From: Bacteroidales bacterium
GTDB lineage: Bacteria; Bacteroidota; Bacteroidia; Bacteroidales; VadinHA17
Length of the DNA: 64,000 bases
Assembly (NCBI GenBank): GCA_020201035.1
Contig: JAIVHO010000032.1
Coordinates: 47,763 to 111,762, forward strand
Direction: 5' to 3'
The translations under genes and the position numbers were made by a program. The notes below the pieces were generated by a model, which saw nothing but the letters and a program-made list of their open reading frames with translations, made no database searches and had not been told where the DNA came from. Below, piece by piece: positions 47,072 to 56,007 of the stretch; positions within the stretch are counted from its first letter, which is position 1, and each line of letters starts with the position of its first letter.

Positions 47072-47165
47072 GGCCATGAATAGGAAAATATAACCCTGCT
47101 AATTGAATTAACATTTTTTACGTATATTGCCCCGTTATTAACAGATCCATTATCTGAGATTACCT

Positions 47166-48125
47166 ATGTTTGAAGCTCTGCAAAAAATGGACGAGGTAAC
47201 ACTGAGATTTTCTCAGGACGGACTCCTGATCCTGAACCTCACACTGGCATTCATTATGTTTGGTGTAGCTCTCGGGATAAAATTTGAACACTTTAGCCGG
47301 CTGGCAAAAGACCCCCGGTCAGTGATCGTGGGATATATCTCACAGTTCTTCGTCCTGCCGGCAATTACCTTCTTGCTGGTAATAGCAATGAAGAACATGA
47401 TTACCCCTACAATTGGCATGGGAATGATCCTCGTTGCCTCCTGTCCCGGCGGAAATATCTCCAATTTTATGTCATCTCTTGCAAAGGGAAATGCAGCACT
47501 CTCGGTAAGTCTGACTGCACTGGCCACCCTCTCTGCAATATTTATGACTCCTCTCAATTTCGCCTTCTGGGGCGGACTGTTTCTGAAGATATACCATGGC
47601 TCAGGATCGGAACTTCTTCAACCACTGAGGATTGATCCCATTGAAATGTTTAAGACAGTCTTTATTCTACTAGGGGTTCCTCTTATTCTGGGTATGCTCT
47701 TTGCAAAATACCTTCCGAAAATTACCGCTGCAATAATCAAACCAATCAAGATATTATCCATACTGGCATTCTTTGCAATGGTCTTTATACTCTTCAGGAG
47801 CAACTATGACTATTTCCTGCAGGTTATAAAATATATAATGATCATTGTACTGGTGCATAACTTAATAGCCCTTTCCACCGGATTCACCTTTGCAACAATT
47901 ACGCGCAGATCACGGTTCGACAGAAGGGCCATAACAATAGAAACGGGAATACAGAATTCAGGTCTTGGGCTTGTACTGCTTTTTAACCCCAATATTTTCC
48001 CGCCCGGCCTTGCAATTGGTGGTATGGCTGTTGTAACTGCATGGTGGGGAGTATGGCATATAATATCGGGACTGGCGATTGCAGGAACCTGGTCATTTAT
48101 TCCCCTGTTAAAGGATAAAAGGTAG
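47166..48125 (+). CDS. Bile acid:sodium symporter (BASS) family transporter
   Basis: Polytopic membrane protein with the SCPGGNISNFMS motif. Confidence 0.8.
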   Translation: MFEALQKMDEVTLRFSQDGLLILNLTLAFIMFGVALGIKFEHFSRLAKDPRSVIVGYISQFFVLPAITFLLVIAMKNMITPTIGMGMILVASCPGGNISNFMSSLAKGNAALSVSLTALATLSAIFMTPLNFAFWGGLFLKIYHGSGSELLQPLRIDPIEMFKTVFILLGVPLILGMLFAKYLPKITAAIIKPIKILSILAFFAMVFILFRSNYDYFLQVIKYIMIIVLVHNLIALSTGFTFATITRRSRFDRRAITIETGIQNSGLGLVLLFNPNIFPPGLAIGGMAVVTAWWGVWHIISGLAIAGTWSFIPLLKDKR

Positions 48126-48136
48126 AGTTTTTTAAG

Positions 48137-49465
48137 ATGGGTAAGGAAAATATTGAGAAGTACTCACTGGGATATGCAATCCTTAAGGGTATAGTAACGG
48201 TGTGGCACAATTTTGTGCACTATCGGAGGGTAATAGTTCTGGGAAGGGAAAATGTACGGAAGGAAAATCATAATATTTTTGCTCCCAACCATCAGAATGC
48301 ACTTATGGATGCTCTGGCACTGGCTTGTACGGCTCCGGGTCAGCCGGTATTCCTCGCACGATCCGATGTATTTAAAAACAGGAAGATAGCATCAATGCTC
48401 TACTACTTTAAGATGCTTCCTGTCTTCAGGATTCGTGATGGCTATGAAAACCTGCGACAGAACGATGAAGTTTTTAATAAGACAATAGATGTTATCCTGC
48501 ACAAGAACGGGCTGGTAATACTGCCGGAAGGCAATCACGCCGGTTTCAGAAGACTCAGACAACTAAAAAAAGGAATCTGCCGTATAGCTTTTCAGACTGA
48601 GGAGGAGAAGGATTTTAAGCTGGGACTTAAGATTGTTCCGGTCGGACTCGATTTCTCTCACTACTGGAAGTTCAGGCAGGTGCTAACGGTAAGCTACGGA
48701 GAGCCCGTGAGCTTTGAAGAGCTCTATGACACCTACAGGGAAAACCCGCAGGTGGCGCTTAACAAGCTCCGGGACAAGATATCTGACGGCTTAAAAAAGG
48801 TGATGATCCATATTGAAAGCGAAGAGGATTATGATGAGCTCAATGAGATCAGGGAGATAGTTAACGGTAAACACAGCGGAGACAGGGAAAACCCTAAGAT
48901 AATGAGAGACAAGGAACTTATCGGCAAGCTCGAAAAGGCATCCGTTGAGCAACCGGCACATTATAAGGGTATCATTGAAAGAGTCAGGAAGATAATGACC
49001 ATTTCACAGAGACTGAATATCGGATATTTTCACCTTGAGAGACCAAAACCCCGACTACCGGTACATATGCTGGCAACAGCGGCCCTGATCGCTCTCTTCC
49101 CCCTCTTCCTCTTTGGTTTTATCCTGAACTATATCTTTTTCAAGGTACCCAAACTGCCACTCAGAAGCGTAAAGGATAAAGCATTTCATTCATCTGTCAG
49201 ATTTGTTATATCACTCCTGCTGGGTCTGATATTTCTGCCAGTGTATGCAGTCCTTGCATTTATCTTTATGCCTTCCTGGTGGATGGCCCTGCTGCTGTTT
49301 CTGATGATACCTCCCTCGGGGATATTTGCATGGAACTATATACTTATATGGCAGAAACTGCGTGAACGGGTAATGGTAAGAAAATATATCAACCGCAACA
49401 ATCCTGAATACAGGATACTGAGAACAATTTACGGGGAACTGAAACAGGAGCTGGAACAGATCTGA
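48137..49465 (+). CDS. Lysophospholipid (PlsC-family) acyltransferase with C-terminal membrane domain
   Basis: APNHQNALMD (H-box) and LPEGNH (EG-box). Two to three C-terminal TM helices. Confidence 0.7.
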   Translation: MGKENIEKYSLGYAILKGIVTVWHNFVHYRRVIVLGRENVRKENHNIFAPNHQNALMDALALACTAPGQPVFLARSDVFKNRKIASMLYYFKMLPVFRIRDGYENLRQNDEVFNKTIDVILHKNGLVILPEGNHAGFRRLRQLKKGICRIAFQTEEEKDFKLGLKIVPVGLDFSHYWKFRQVLTVSYGEPVSFEELYDTYRENPQVALNKLRDKISDGLKKVMIHIESEEDYDELNEIREIVNGKHSGDRENPKIMRDKELIGKLEKASVEQPAHYKGIIERVRKIMTISQRLNIGYFHLERPKPRLPVHMLATAALIALFPLFLFGFILNYIFFKVPKLPLRSVKDKAFHSSVRFVISLLLGLIFLPVYAVLAFIFMPSWWMALLLFLMIPPSGIFAWNYILIWQKLRERVMVRKYINRNNPEYRILRTIYGELKQELEQI

Positions 49466-49467
49466 GA

Positions 49468-50265
49468 ATGGATTTATTTAAGGATAAGGTAGTATGGATC
49501 ACAGGGGCATCATCGGGAATAGGTGAAGCACTGCTTTACAGATTTGTTAACCTGGGAGCACGGGTGGTGGCCTCATCAAACCAGCCGGAGGGATTGCTGA
49601 GGGTTAAAAGTAACTGCGGTGACAGAAGCAGCATGGTGCATATTGTACCACTTGATCTTGCCGACAGTGATGGCTTTGAGAAAACAGCAGGCCAGATGGT
49701 GTCAGAGATGGGAAAGATTGATTACCTGATAAATCTGGGAGGAGTAAGCCAGAGAGCAACAATACTGGAGACACCGCTGTGGCTCGACAGGCGGATAATG
49801 GAAATCAACTACTTCGGAACCATTGCTCTTTCAAAAGCCGTTCTGCCACATATGATAAAAAACGGTGGTGGTCATATCCTGGCCACAAGCAGTATATCGG
49901 GCCGATTCGGGTTTCCGCTCCGGTCAGCATATTCAGCATCCAAACAGGCTCTCCATGGTTTCTTTGAGACACTGCATATCGAAAACAGCAGATTCAATAT
50001 CAGAGCGTCTGTCATCATCCCGGGAAGGGTGAAAACAAACATATCAGTTAATGCCCTTACCGCCACCGGCAGTGAACATGGTAAACTGGATCCCGGTCAG
50101 GCAAAGGGAATAACCCCTGAAAAGGCCGCACAGAAAATAGTAAAAGGAATAAGGCGAAACAGGAGAGAGATACTGGTTGGAGGAAGTGAACTCCTTATGT
50201 TATATATCAGGAAGTTTTTTCCGTCCCTTTTCTTTAATATTGCAGGAAAAATAAAGCCCGAGTAA
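49468..50265 (+). CDS. SDR-family oxidoreductase
   Basis: ITGASSGIGEA (TGxxxGxG) and the YSASK catalytic motif. Confidence 0.85.
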   Translation: MDLFKDKVVWITGASSGIGEALLYRFVNLGARVVASSNQPEGLLRVKSNCGDRSSMVHIVPLDLADSDGFEKTAGQMVSEMGKIDYLINLGGVSQRATILETPLWLDRRIMEINYFGTIALSKAVLPHMIKNGGGHILATSSISGRFGFPLRSAYSASKQALHGFFETLHIENSRFNIRASVIIPGRVKTNISVNALTATGSEHGKLDPGQAKGITPEKAAQKIVKGIRRNRREILVGGSELLMLYIRKFFPSLFFNIAGKIKPE

Positions 50266-50308
50266 AAAAGGTTTTTATTTTCCATATCAAAATTTTAATT
50301 ACCTGAAA

Positions 50309-51385
50309 ATGAGTAGCTATATTATCAGTGGAATCCAGCAGATGGGAGTAGGTGTACATGATCTTCACAGTGCATGGGAATGGTACAGAAAGGCCTTTGG
50401 GATGAATGTACCCATATTCGAGGAGGAGGCAGAGGCAAAGCTTATGCTGCCGTATACCGGGGGTAAACCAAGAAGCAGGCATGCCGTGCTGGCAATTAAC
50501 ATGCAGAGCGGCGGAGGATTCGAAATATGGCAGTACAAGGGACGTAAACCTGTGAGCGCGGAAAAGGAGGCAATGATTGGAGATCTTGGGATATACACAT
50601 GCAAGATAAAGATAAAGGCCATAGATGCTGCTGTGGAGCATTTCACTGCAATGGGCGCAGAGCTCATCGGGGTTCCGGCCGCAGATCCCGAGGGAAGAAG
50701 CACCCTCTTTATCAGGGACCCTTTCGGTAATATCTTCCAGATGGTGGAGGCGCAGGACTGGTTTATGAAGGGAAAGGGTGTTACAGGAGGTGCCTATGGA
50801 GCAATAATCGGGGTAACCGATACTGACCGTTCCATGGAGGTATATTCTGGCATCCTGGGGTATGACTCGGTAGTTTATGACAAAACAGGAATATTTGATG
50901 ACCTGGCCGGCCTGCCCGGAGGTAAAGGCACCTTCCGGAGGGTTCTGCTGGAAAGGTCCAAGCCTTTTAAAGGAGCTTTTTCACGACTCTTCGGTGACAG
51001 CGTTATTGAACTTGTGGAAGCCAGGGACAGAAAACAATCCAGAATATTCGAGGACAGGTACTGGGGTGATCCCGGATTTATTCATCTCTGCTATGATATC
51101 AGCGGAATGGATAACCTTAAGTCGCACTGTGAAAAAGCAGGCTACTCATTTACTGTTGACAGCAAGGCAAGCCATGATATTGAAGGTTTTGACATGGGCG
51201 AGGCAGCAGGCCACTTTTCCTATATTGAGGATCCTGACGGTACTCTTATTGAGTTCGTTGAAACACTCAAAATACCTCTGTTAAAGAAAATAGGATGGTA
51301 TCTCGATCTTACGAAACGCCATCCTGAAAAAAATCTTCCCGGCTGGATGCTGAGGTTACTTAACCTTCAAAAAGTTAAGGATTAA
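50309..51385 (+). CDS. VOC (glyoxalase/bleomycin-resistance/dioxygenase) family protein, duplicated module
   Basis: Repeated beta-alpha-beta-beta-beta modules (GVHDL..A..WY...FGM; F.RDPFGN.F; I.DPDGTLIEFVE). Confidence 0.6.
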   Translation: MSSYIISGIQQMGVGVHDLHSAWEWYRKAFGMNVPIFEEEAEAKLMLPYTGGKPRSRHAVLAINMQSGGGFEIWQYKGRKPVSAEKEAMIGDLGIYTCKIKIKAIDAAVEHFTAMGAELIGVPAADPEGRSTLFIRDPFGNIFQMVEAQDWFMKGKGVTGGAYGAIIGVTDTDRSMEVYSGILGYDSVVYDKTGIFDDLAGLPGGKGTFRRVLLERSKPFKGAFSRLFGDSVIELVEARDRKQSRIFEDRYWGDPGFIHLCYDISGMDNLKSHCEKAGYSFTVDSKASHDIEGFDMGEAAGHFSYIEDPDGTLIEFVETLKIPLLKKIGWYLDLTKRHPEKNLPGWMLRLLNLQKVKD

Positions 51386-51456
51386 GAGGCAGCAACCCTG
51401 TCAATCTCCTTATCACCCTATTCTCTACCCTATATGGAAAGCCCTTCACCGCTATT

Positions 51457-52665
51457 TCAGGAAGCGGCTATCCTTTCAACCTCACCCATTACACGCATTA
51501 TATTGCCGCCCCATATCTTCTCTATCTCCTTGCGGCTATATCCCCTGCGCACCAGTTCAATGGTCAGGTTCTTCATCTGGCTCACATCCATTAATTCGGA
51601 AATGCCCCCGCCACCATCAAAATCGGTGCCTATACCAACATGATCAATACCAATCAGTTGTACCACATGGTCAATATGATCAACAGCATCTGAAATAGTT
51701 GCATAATCCTTATATTTCTCTCTGGTCGCATAATACTCATTTCTCCCCTTCTCCCTCTCCTCATCGGAAATATCTCTGAAATTATTATATTTTTCACGTA
51801 TCTCCTGAAGTCTGGCATCAAGCTCAGGATTTGGTACCGGCTGACGCAGATAGTCGCTGAGTATACAGATCTGAATTACTCCCCCATTCTCTTTCAGGGC
51901 CTTAAGCATATTGTCATCAAGGTTACGGGGACTCTCACACAAAGCCCTGCAGGATGAGTGGGAAGCAATTACAGGGGCCCCGGTGATTTTGACCACATCA
52001 TAGAAAGATTCATCGCTTATATGGGAGACATCTACCATCATACCAAGCCTGTTCATCTCCCTGACCACCTCTTCTCCAAATTCAGACAAGCCATTATGCT
52101 CAGCTCCGGACGGATCAGTAGAGGAATCGCAGATATCATTATTCCTTGAATGCGAAAGGGTTATATATCTTGCCCCAAGTTCATAAAATTCACCAATACG
52201 GGAAATATCATTCCCCACCGTATAACCATTCTCAATACCTATAAAGGCAGCACGCTTGCCTGTATCTTCAATTCGGTATGCGTCCTCAACTGTAAGTGCC
52301 AGTTCAGCCTGATCACTATTCTTTTCAATACTTTCATGTATGGCAGCAAAAATATCCAGTGCTCTGTGATATACTACATCATGAATAGAATCGTTTCTGG
52401 GACCCTGCCCTATAAAGACAGCAAAAAATTCTGCATCAAGCCCCCCCTCCTTCATCCTCGGGAAGTCAACACATCCATCATCATTCCGCTTTCCGAGATC
52501 AAATCCTGCCCTTGTGAGTCGCATCGGAGTATCACAATGAGTATCAACCGTCAGCACAGCTTCATGTATCTTATCAGCCTTTTTCTGTATGGCTGCCTCC
52601 CTGTCACCGCACGAGCCCAGAAGCATAAAAAGAGTCAGCAGCAGAATAGTGTTAAAATATTTCAT
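51457..52665 (-). CDS. Membrane dipeptidase (peptidase M19) lipoprotein
   Basis: Lipobox LLGSC. DTHCDTP, DVSH, IASHSS and GIGTDFDGGGG motifs. Confidence 0.85.
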   Translation of the reverse strand: MKYFNTILLLTLFMLLGSCGDREAAIQKKADKIHEAVLTVDTHCDTPMRLTRAGFDLGKRNDDGCVDFPRMKEGGLDAEFFAVFIGQGPRNDSIHDVVYHRALDIFAAIHESIEKNSDQAELALTVEDAYRIEDTGKRAAFIGIENGYTVGNDISRIGEFYELGARYITLSHSRNNDICDSSTDPSGAEHNGLSEFGEEVVREMNRLGMMVDVSHISDESFYDVVKITGAPVIASHSSCRALCESPRNLDDNMLKALKENGGVIQICILSDYLRQPVPNPELDARLQEIREKYNNFRDISDEEREKGRNEYYATREKYKDYATISDAVDHIDHVVQLIGIDHVGIGTDFDGGGGISELMDVSQMKNLTIELVRRGYSRKEIEKIWGGNIMRVMGEVERIAAS

Positions 52666-52697
52666 CCTTATAGTTATTAATGTTTGCTTTTAGATAA

Positions 52698-52812
52698 CTG
52701 ATCACCAGCATCGCCAGCTTAATCTGTATTCCCTGATCACCGTAATAACCTGAATGAAAGGCTATCTTTGATCACAGAATAACCTACATAATCGGTATTC
52801 TCTGATCACCGG
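52698..52812. repeat. Four degenerate ~35-bp direct repeats, each centred on TGATCA(C)
   Basis: TGATCAC cores begin at 52699, 52734, 52769 and 52803 (spacing 35, 35, 34 nt). They lie 35-150 nt upstream of the dipeptidase start codon. Confidence 0.7.
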
Positions 52813-53000
52813 CATCCTCCTTGATTATTTTCGGTTATTAAAAGCTAAAGTAGGGAAAAGAGATCTTAGTTTTGCCTGTTACGACCATTTATACAACACC
52901 TTTTAACTACTTTTAACATGCTGCCACACAGGCTGTCCGGGTAAACAGATAAGCGCACTCACATTATCCCATGGCCTCGGTTTCCCTTTAACTGCTGATA

Positions 53001-53315
53001 CAGTAGAACCAGGGCCAGCCAAAAGGGCGGCGGCAGTATCAGAACCAGGGCCAGCTAAAAGGGCGGCAGTATCAGCATCAGGGCCAGCCAAAAGGTCAGT
53101 GGCAGTATCAGAACCAGGGCCAGCTAAAAGGGCGGCAGTATCAGCACCAGGGCCAGCCAAAAGGTCAGTGGCAGTATCAGTACCAGGATCAGCCATAAGG
53201 TCCGCGGCAGTATCAGTACCAGGGCCAGCCAAAAGGTCAGCGGCAGTATCAGTATCAGGGCCAGCCAAAAGGTCAGCGGCAGTATCAGTACCAGGATCAG
53301 CTATAAGGTCCGCGG
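53001..53315. repeat. Nine-unit 33/36-bp tandem repeat array (minisatellite)
   Basis: Units start at 53001, 53034, 53067, 53103, 53136, 53172, 53208, 53244 and 53280. Consensus: CAGTATCAGTACCAGGGCCAGCCAAAAGGTCAGCGG. All unit lengths are multiples of 3. Higher-order structure: U1=U3, U2~U4, U5~U8, U6~U7. Confidence 0.95.
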
Positions 53316-53398
53316 TAAAATAAGCTGACCCGTTAACTATATTCCTGACTTTTCCGGCAAAATAGAGTATACTGAAACCTTTTATCGGTTACTTCTGT

Positions 53399-53406
53399 TA
53401 AATTTG
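53399..53406 (+). promoter_or_regulatory. -7 promoter box TAAATTTG for the DMT transporter/lnt unit
   Basis: Exact TAnnTTTG match 69 nt upstream of the ATG at 53475. Confidence 0.4.
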
Positions 53407-53474
53407 TCCCTGCAACCGGAGGAGGACGAAAACAATTATCATCCTGTCCACCGGAACTGACTATATAATAAATT

Positions 53475-54374
53475 ATGAAAGGTAAACCTGACCTGCTTAA
53501 CTGGCTTATACTGGCGCTGCTTTCCCTGATCTGGGGGAGTTCGTTTATCCTTATGAAAAGGGGGCTTGAATCATTCAATGCAATGCAGATTGGATCGCTG
53601 CGCATCTTTATAACGTTTATAGTACTGCTTCCGGTTGCCCTACACCATATTAAAAAGATCAACCGCTACAATATCCTGAGCCTTATTATTATTGGAGCTG
53701 TGGGCAATGCTCTCCCGGCAGTCCTGTTTCCGGCAGCACAGACACGGCTCGACAGTGCCGTGGCAGGTATGCTTAACTCACTTACCCCCCTTTTTACACT
53801 TCTTGTAGGTATCTCCCTGTTTAACAGAAAGGCCACCTGGCATCAGGTAGCAGGAATTATTCTGGGACTCACCGGTGCGGCGGGACTCCTGTACAGGGGC
53901 GATTTCACCTTTGATGTTGCAGGACTCCTGATTGTGCTTGCCACATTTTTTTACGGATTAAGTTCCAATCAGGTAACCAGAATCAAGGGTATGAACGGAC
54001 TCGTAATTACATCCCTGGCATTCTTTTTTACAGGTCCTGTTGCGGGCATCAACCTGCTTTTTACTGATTTTTCAAACGTAGCTGCAAGCAGTGATTGGAT
54101 ACGTAACCTTGGCTTTATTATTATCCTTGCCGTTTTTGGTTCAGCAATTGCACTGGTGCTCTTCAATATACTGATCATCAGAACATCTCCCCTCTTTGCC
54201 ACAACGGTGACCTATATGGCTCCCCTTGTTTCAACTATGTGGGGTGCTTCGGATGGTGAAATAATTACTTCTTCAATGATTATTTCTGTATTTTGTATCC
54301 TTGGCGGTGTCTACCTTACCAGCAGGGGTAAGCGGCCATCCCTGATAAAAGCAGAACTGACCAATGAACCTTAA
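53475..54374 (+). CDS. DMT-superfamily (EamA) transporter
   Basis: 10-TM protein with two EamA-like halves. N-terminal ..LALLSLIWGSSFILMK. Confidence 0.8.
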   Translation: MKGKPDLLNWLILALLSLIWGSSFILMKRGLESFNAMQIGSLRIFITFIVLLPVALHHIKKINRYNILSLIIIGAVGNALPAVLFPAAQTRLDSAVAGMLNSLTPLFTLLVGISLFNRKATWHQVAGIILGLTGAAGLLYRGDFTFDVAGLLIVLATFFYGLSSNQVTRIKGMNGLVITSLAFFFTGPVAGINLLFTDFSNVAASSDWIRNLGFIIILAVFGSAIALVLFNILIIRTSPLFATTVTYMAPLVSTMWGASDGEIITSSMIISVFCILGGVYLTSRGKRPSLIKAELTNEP

Positions 54375-55962
54375 GAACCTCCTGATATCAGCCATTGCGG
54401 GGGCAACCGCCTCGATGGCATGGATCCCGGTGCTGCCGGCACCTCTGATCTTTATTTCATTTATTCTATGGATCCACATCTACTTAACGCACAGTGAAAG
54501 CCGTGAGTTCCACACCTCACTATTTATTAATATATCAGCCGGCTTTCTTATCTACAATATCATTTCACTGGCATGGATTGGCAGGGTCACTGTTACAGGT
54601 GCTGTAATGGTAATGATTGTAAACAGTTTTATGGCCGGAATGGTATTCTGGACAGCCTCCCTTATTCACAGGCGCACCAGCAGGCTGACCGGATTGATAT
54701 CCCTTGGGGCCCTCTGGCTGACATACGAAAAGTTTACCATGAGTGTACCGTTCTTTACCCCCTGGCTCAACCCGGGTAACGTATTCGGCCACTCTCCCCG
54801 GCTGGTACAGTGGTATGAGTTTACCGGTGCCGGGGGTGGCTCACTATGGATACTGGCAGTAGCAGCAACTGCAGTTGTGGCAATAGCCAGTTACAGGAAC
54901 AACAAAAGAGTAGTCAGCGGCTATTTTATTACTTCCGCCGGATTGCTGGTTATGCCAGTTATTATCTCCCTTATAATCTACTACAGTTATAAAGAGAACG
55001 AAAATGATACAGCAGAGATAGTAATCGTTCAGCCAAGCATTGATCCTTACATGGAAAAATTCACAGGGACCCCTTTTTACAGTCAGCTCAGGATGATGAA
55101 AGAGATGGCTGCAGGAGCAGCAACCGGACGAACCGACTGGATTATCCTGCCTGAAACAGCTATTGATGATCCCTTTTATGAAGCAGAGGCCTCCGGGAAC
55201 CAATATATTGAACTCCTTTCTGAGTTGTTTGACTCTTTTCCTGATGCATCCGTAATGACAGGGGCCACTACCATGGTTTCCTTTCCGGAGAAGTCGGACG
55301 GCACGCACCGCTCTGCAGGAATAAAAAGGGATGGTGACTACTGGTATGAGGTCTACAACTCGGCTGTTGCTCTGCACAAAGACAAAAACCCGGGATTCTA
55401 TCACAAATCAAAACTGATTCCCGGGATTGAGATGAGCATAAACTGGCTGCCCGGCAGACTGGAGAGGATTTTGCCCGATCTGGGAGGAACAGGCTCCGGA
55501 TACGGAATACAACGTGAACGCCGGGTCTTTACCAATCCGGTCACCGGAACAGTAATTGCACCCGTTATCTGTTACGAATCCTTGTTTGGTGAGTTTGTAG
55601 GGAGGTATGTTGCAAACGGTGCAGATATTATAACTATAATAACCAATGACGGCTGGTGGGGAAACAGCCAGGGGTACCGTCAGCATCTTGGATTTGCCTC
55701 TCTGCGGGCGATTGAGACAAGGCGGGCTGTTGCAAGGGCTGCCAACACCGGAATCTCTGCGCTGATAAACCAGAGGGGTGATATAACCGTGCAGACAGGA
55801 TGGTGGGAGAGGGATACATTAAGGGGATCACTCAGTAAAGGTACCAGCACAACTCTATATGTTATTCATGGCAATTACCTGTACAGGCTGGCACTAATCT
55901 ACACCATTATTATAAGTATACTGACTTTTATAGCTTCCCCTATCAGAAAACTGAGACGTTAA
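54364..55962 (+). CDS. lnt: Apolipoprotein N-acyltransferase
   Basis: N-terminal polytopic domain plus a CN-hydrolase domain (LPE, K.KL.PG.E, ICYESLFG). Confidence 0.85.
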   Translation: MNLKNLLISAIAGATASMAWIPVLPAPLIFISFILWIHIYLTHSESREFHTSLFINISAGFLIYNIISLAWIGRVTVTGAVMVMIVNSFMAGMVFWTASLIHRRTSRLTGLISLGALWLTYEKFTMSVPFFTPWLNPGNVFGHSPRLVQWYEFTGAGGGSLWILAVAATAVVAIASYRNNKRVVSGYFITSAGLLVMPVIISLIIYYSYKENENDTAEIVIVQPSIDPYMEKFTGTPFYSQLRMMKEMAAGAATGRTDWIILPETAIDDPFYEAEASGNQYIELLSELFDSFPDASVMTGATTMVSFPEKSDGTHRSAGIKRDGDYWYEVYNSAVALHKDKNPGFYHKSKLIPGIEMSINWLPGRLERILPDLGGTGSGYGIQRERRVFTNPVTGTVIAPVICYESLFGEFVGRYVANGADIITIITNDGWWGNSQGYRQHLGFASLRAIETRRAVARAANTGISALINQRGDITVQTGWWERDTLRGSLSKGTSTTLYVIHGNYLYRLALIYTIIISILTFIASPIRKLRR

Positions 55963-56007
55963 GGTTGCGGCGAAGGCCCTTAAATACCCGGAGCGTAAGA
56001 TTTGCCT

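Noticed and set aside
53001-53315. I checked whether the regularly spaced repeats here (and at 14616-14800) could be a CRISPR array.
   Set aside because: The units are directly contiguous with no unique spacers, the period is 32-36 bp in total, and no cas genes or leader are present.
52903-53323. Two overlapping ORFs (121 aa minus, 74 aa plus) reading through the 33/36-bp repeat array. I considered them as repeat-protein genes.
   Set aside because: Both begin at non-ATG codons inside the repeat and have no signal peptide or promoter box. They are open simply because the unit lacks stop codons in those frames. I keep the array as a repeat finding, not a CDS.
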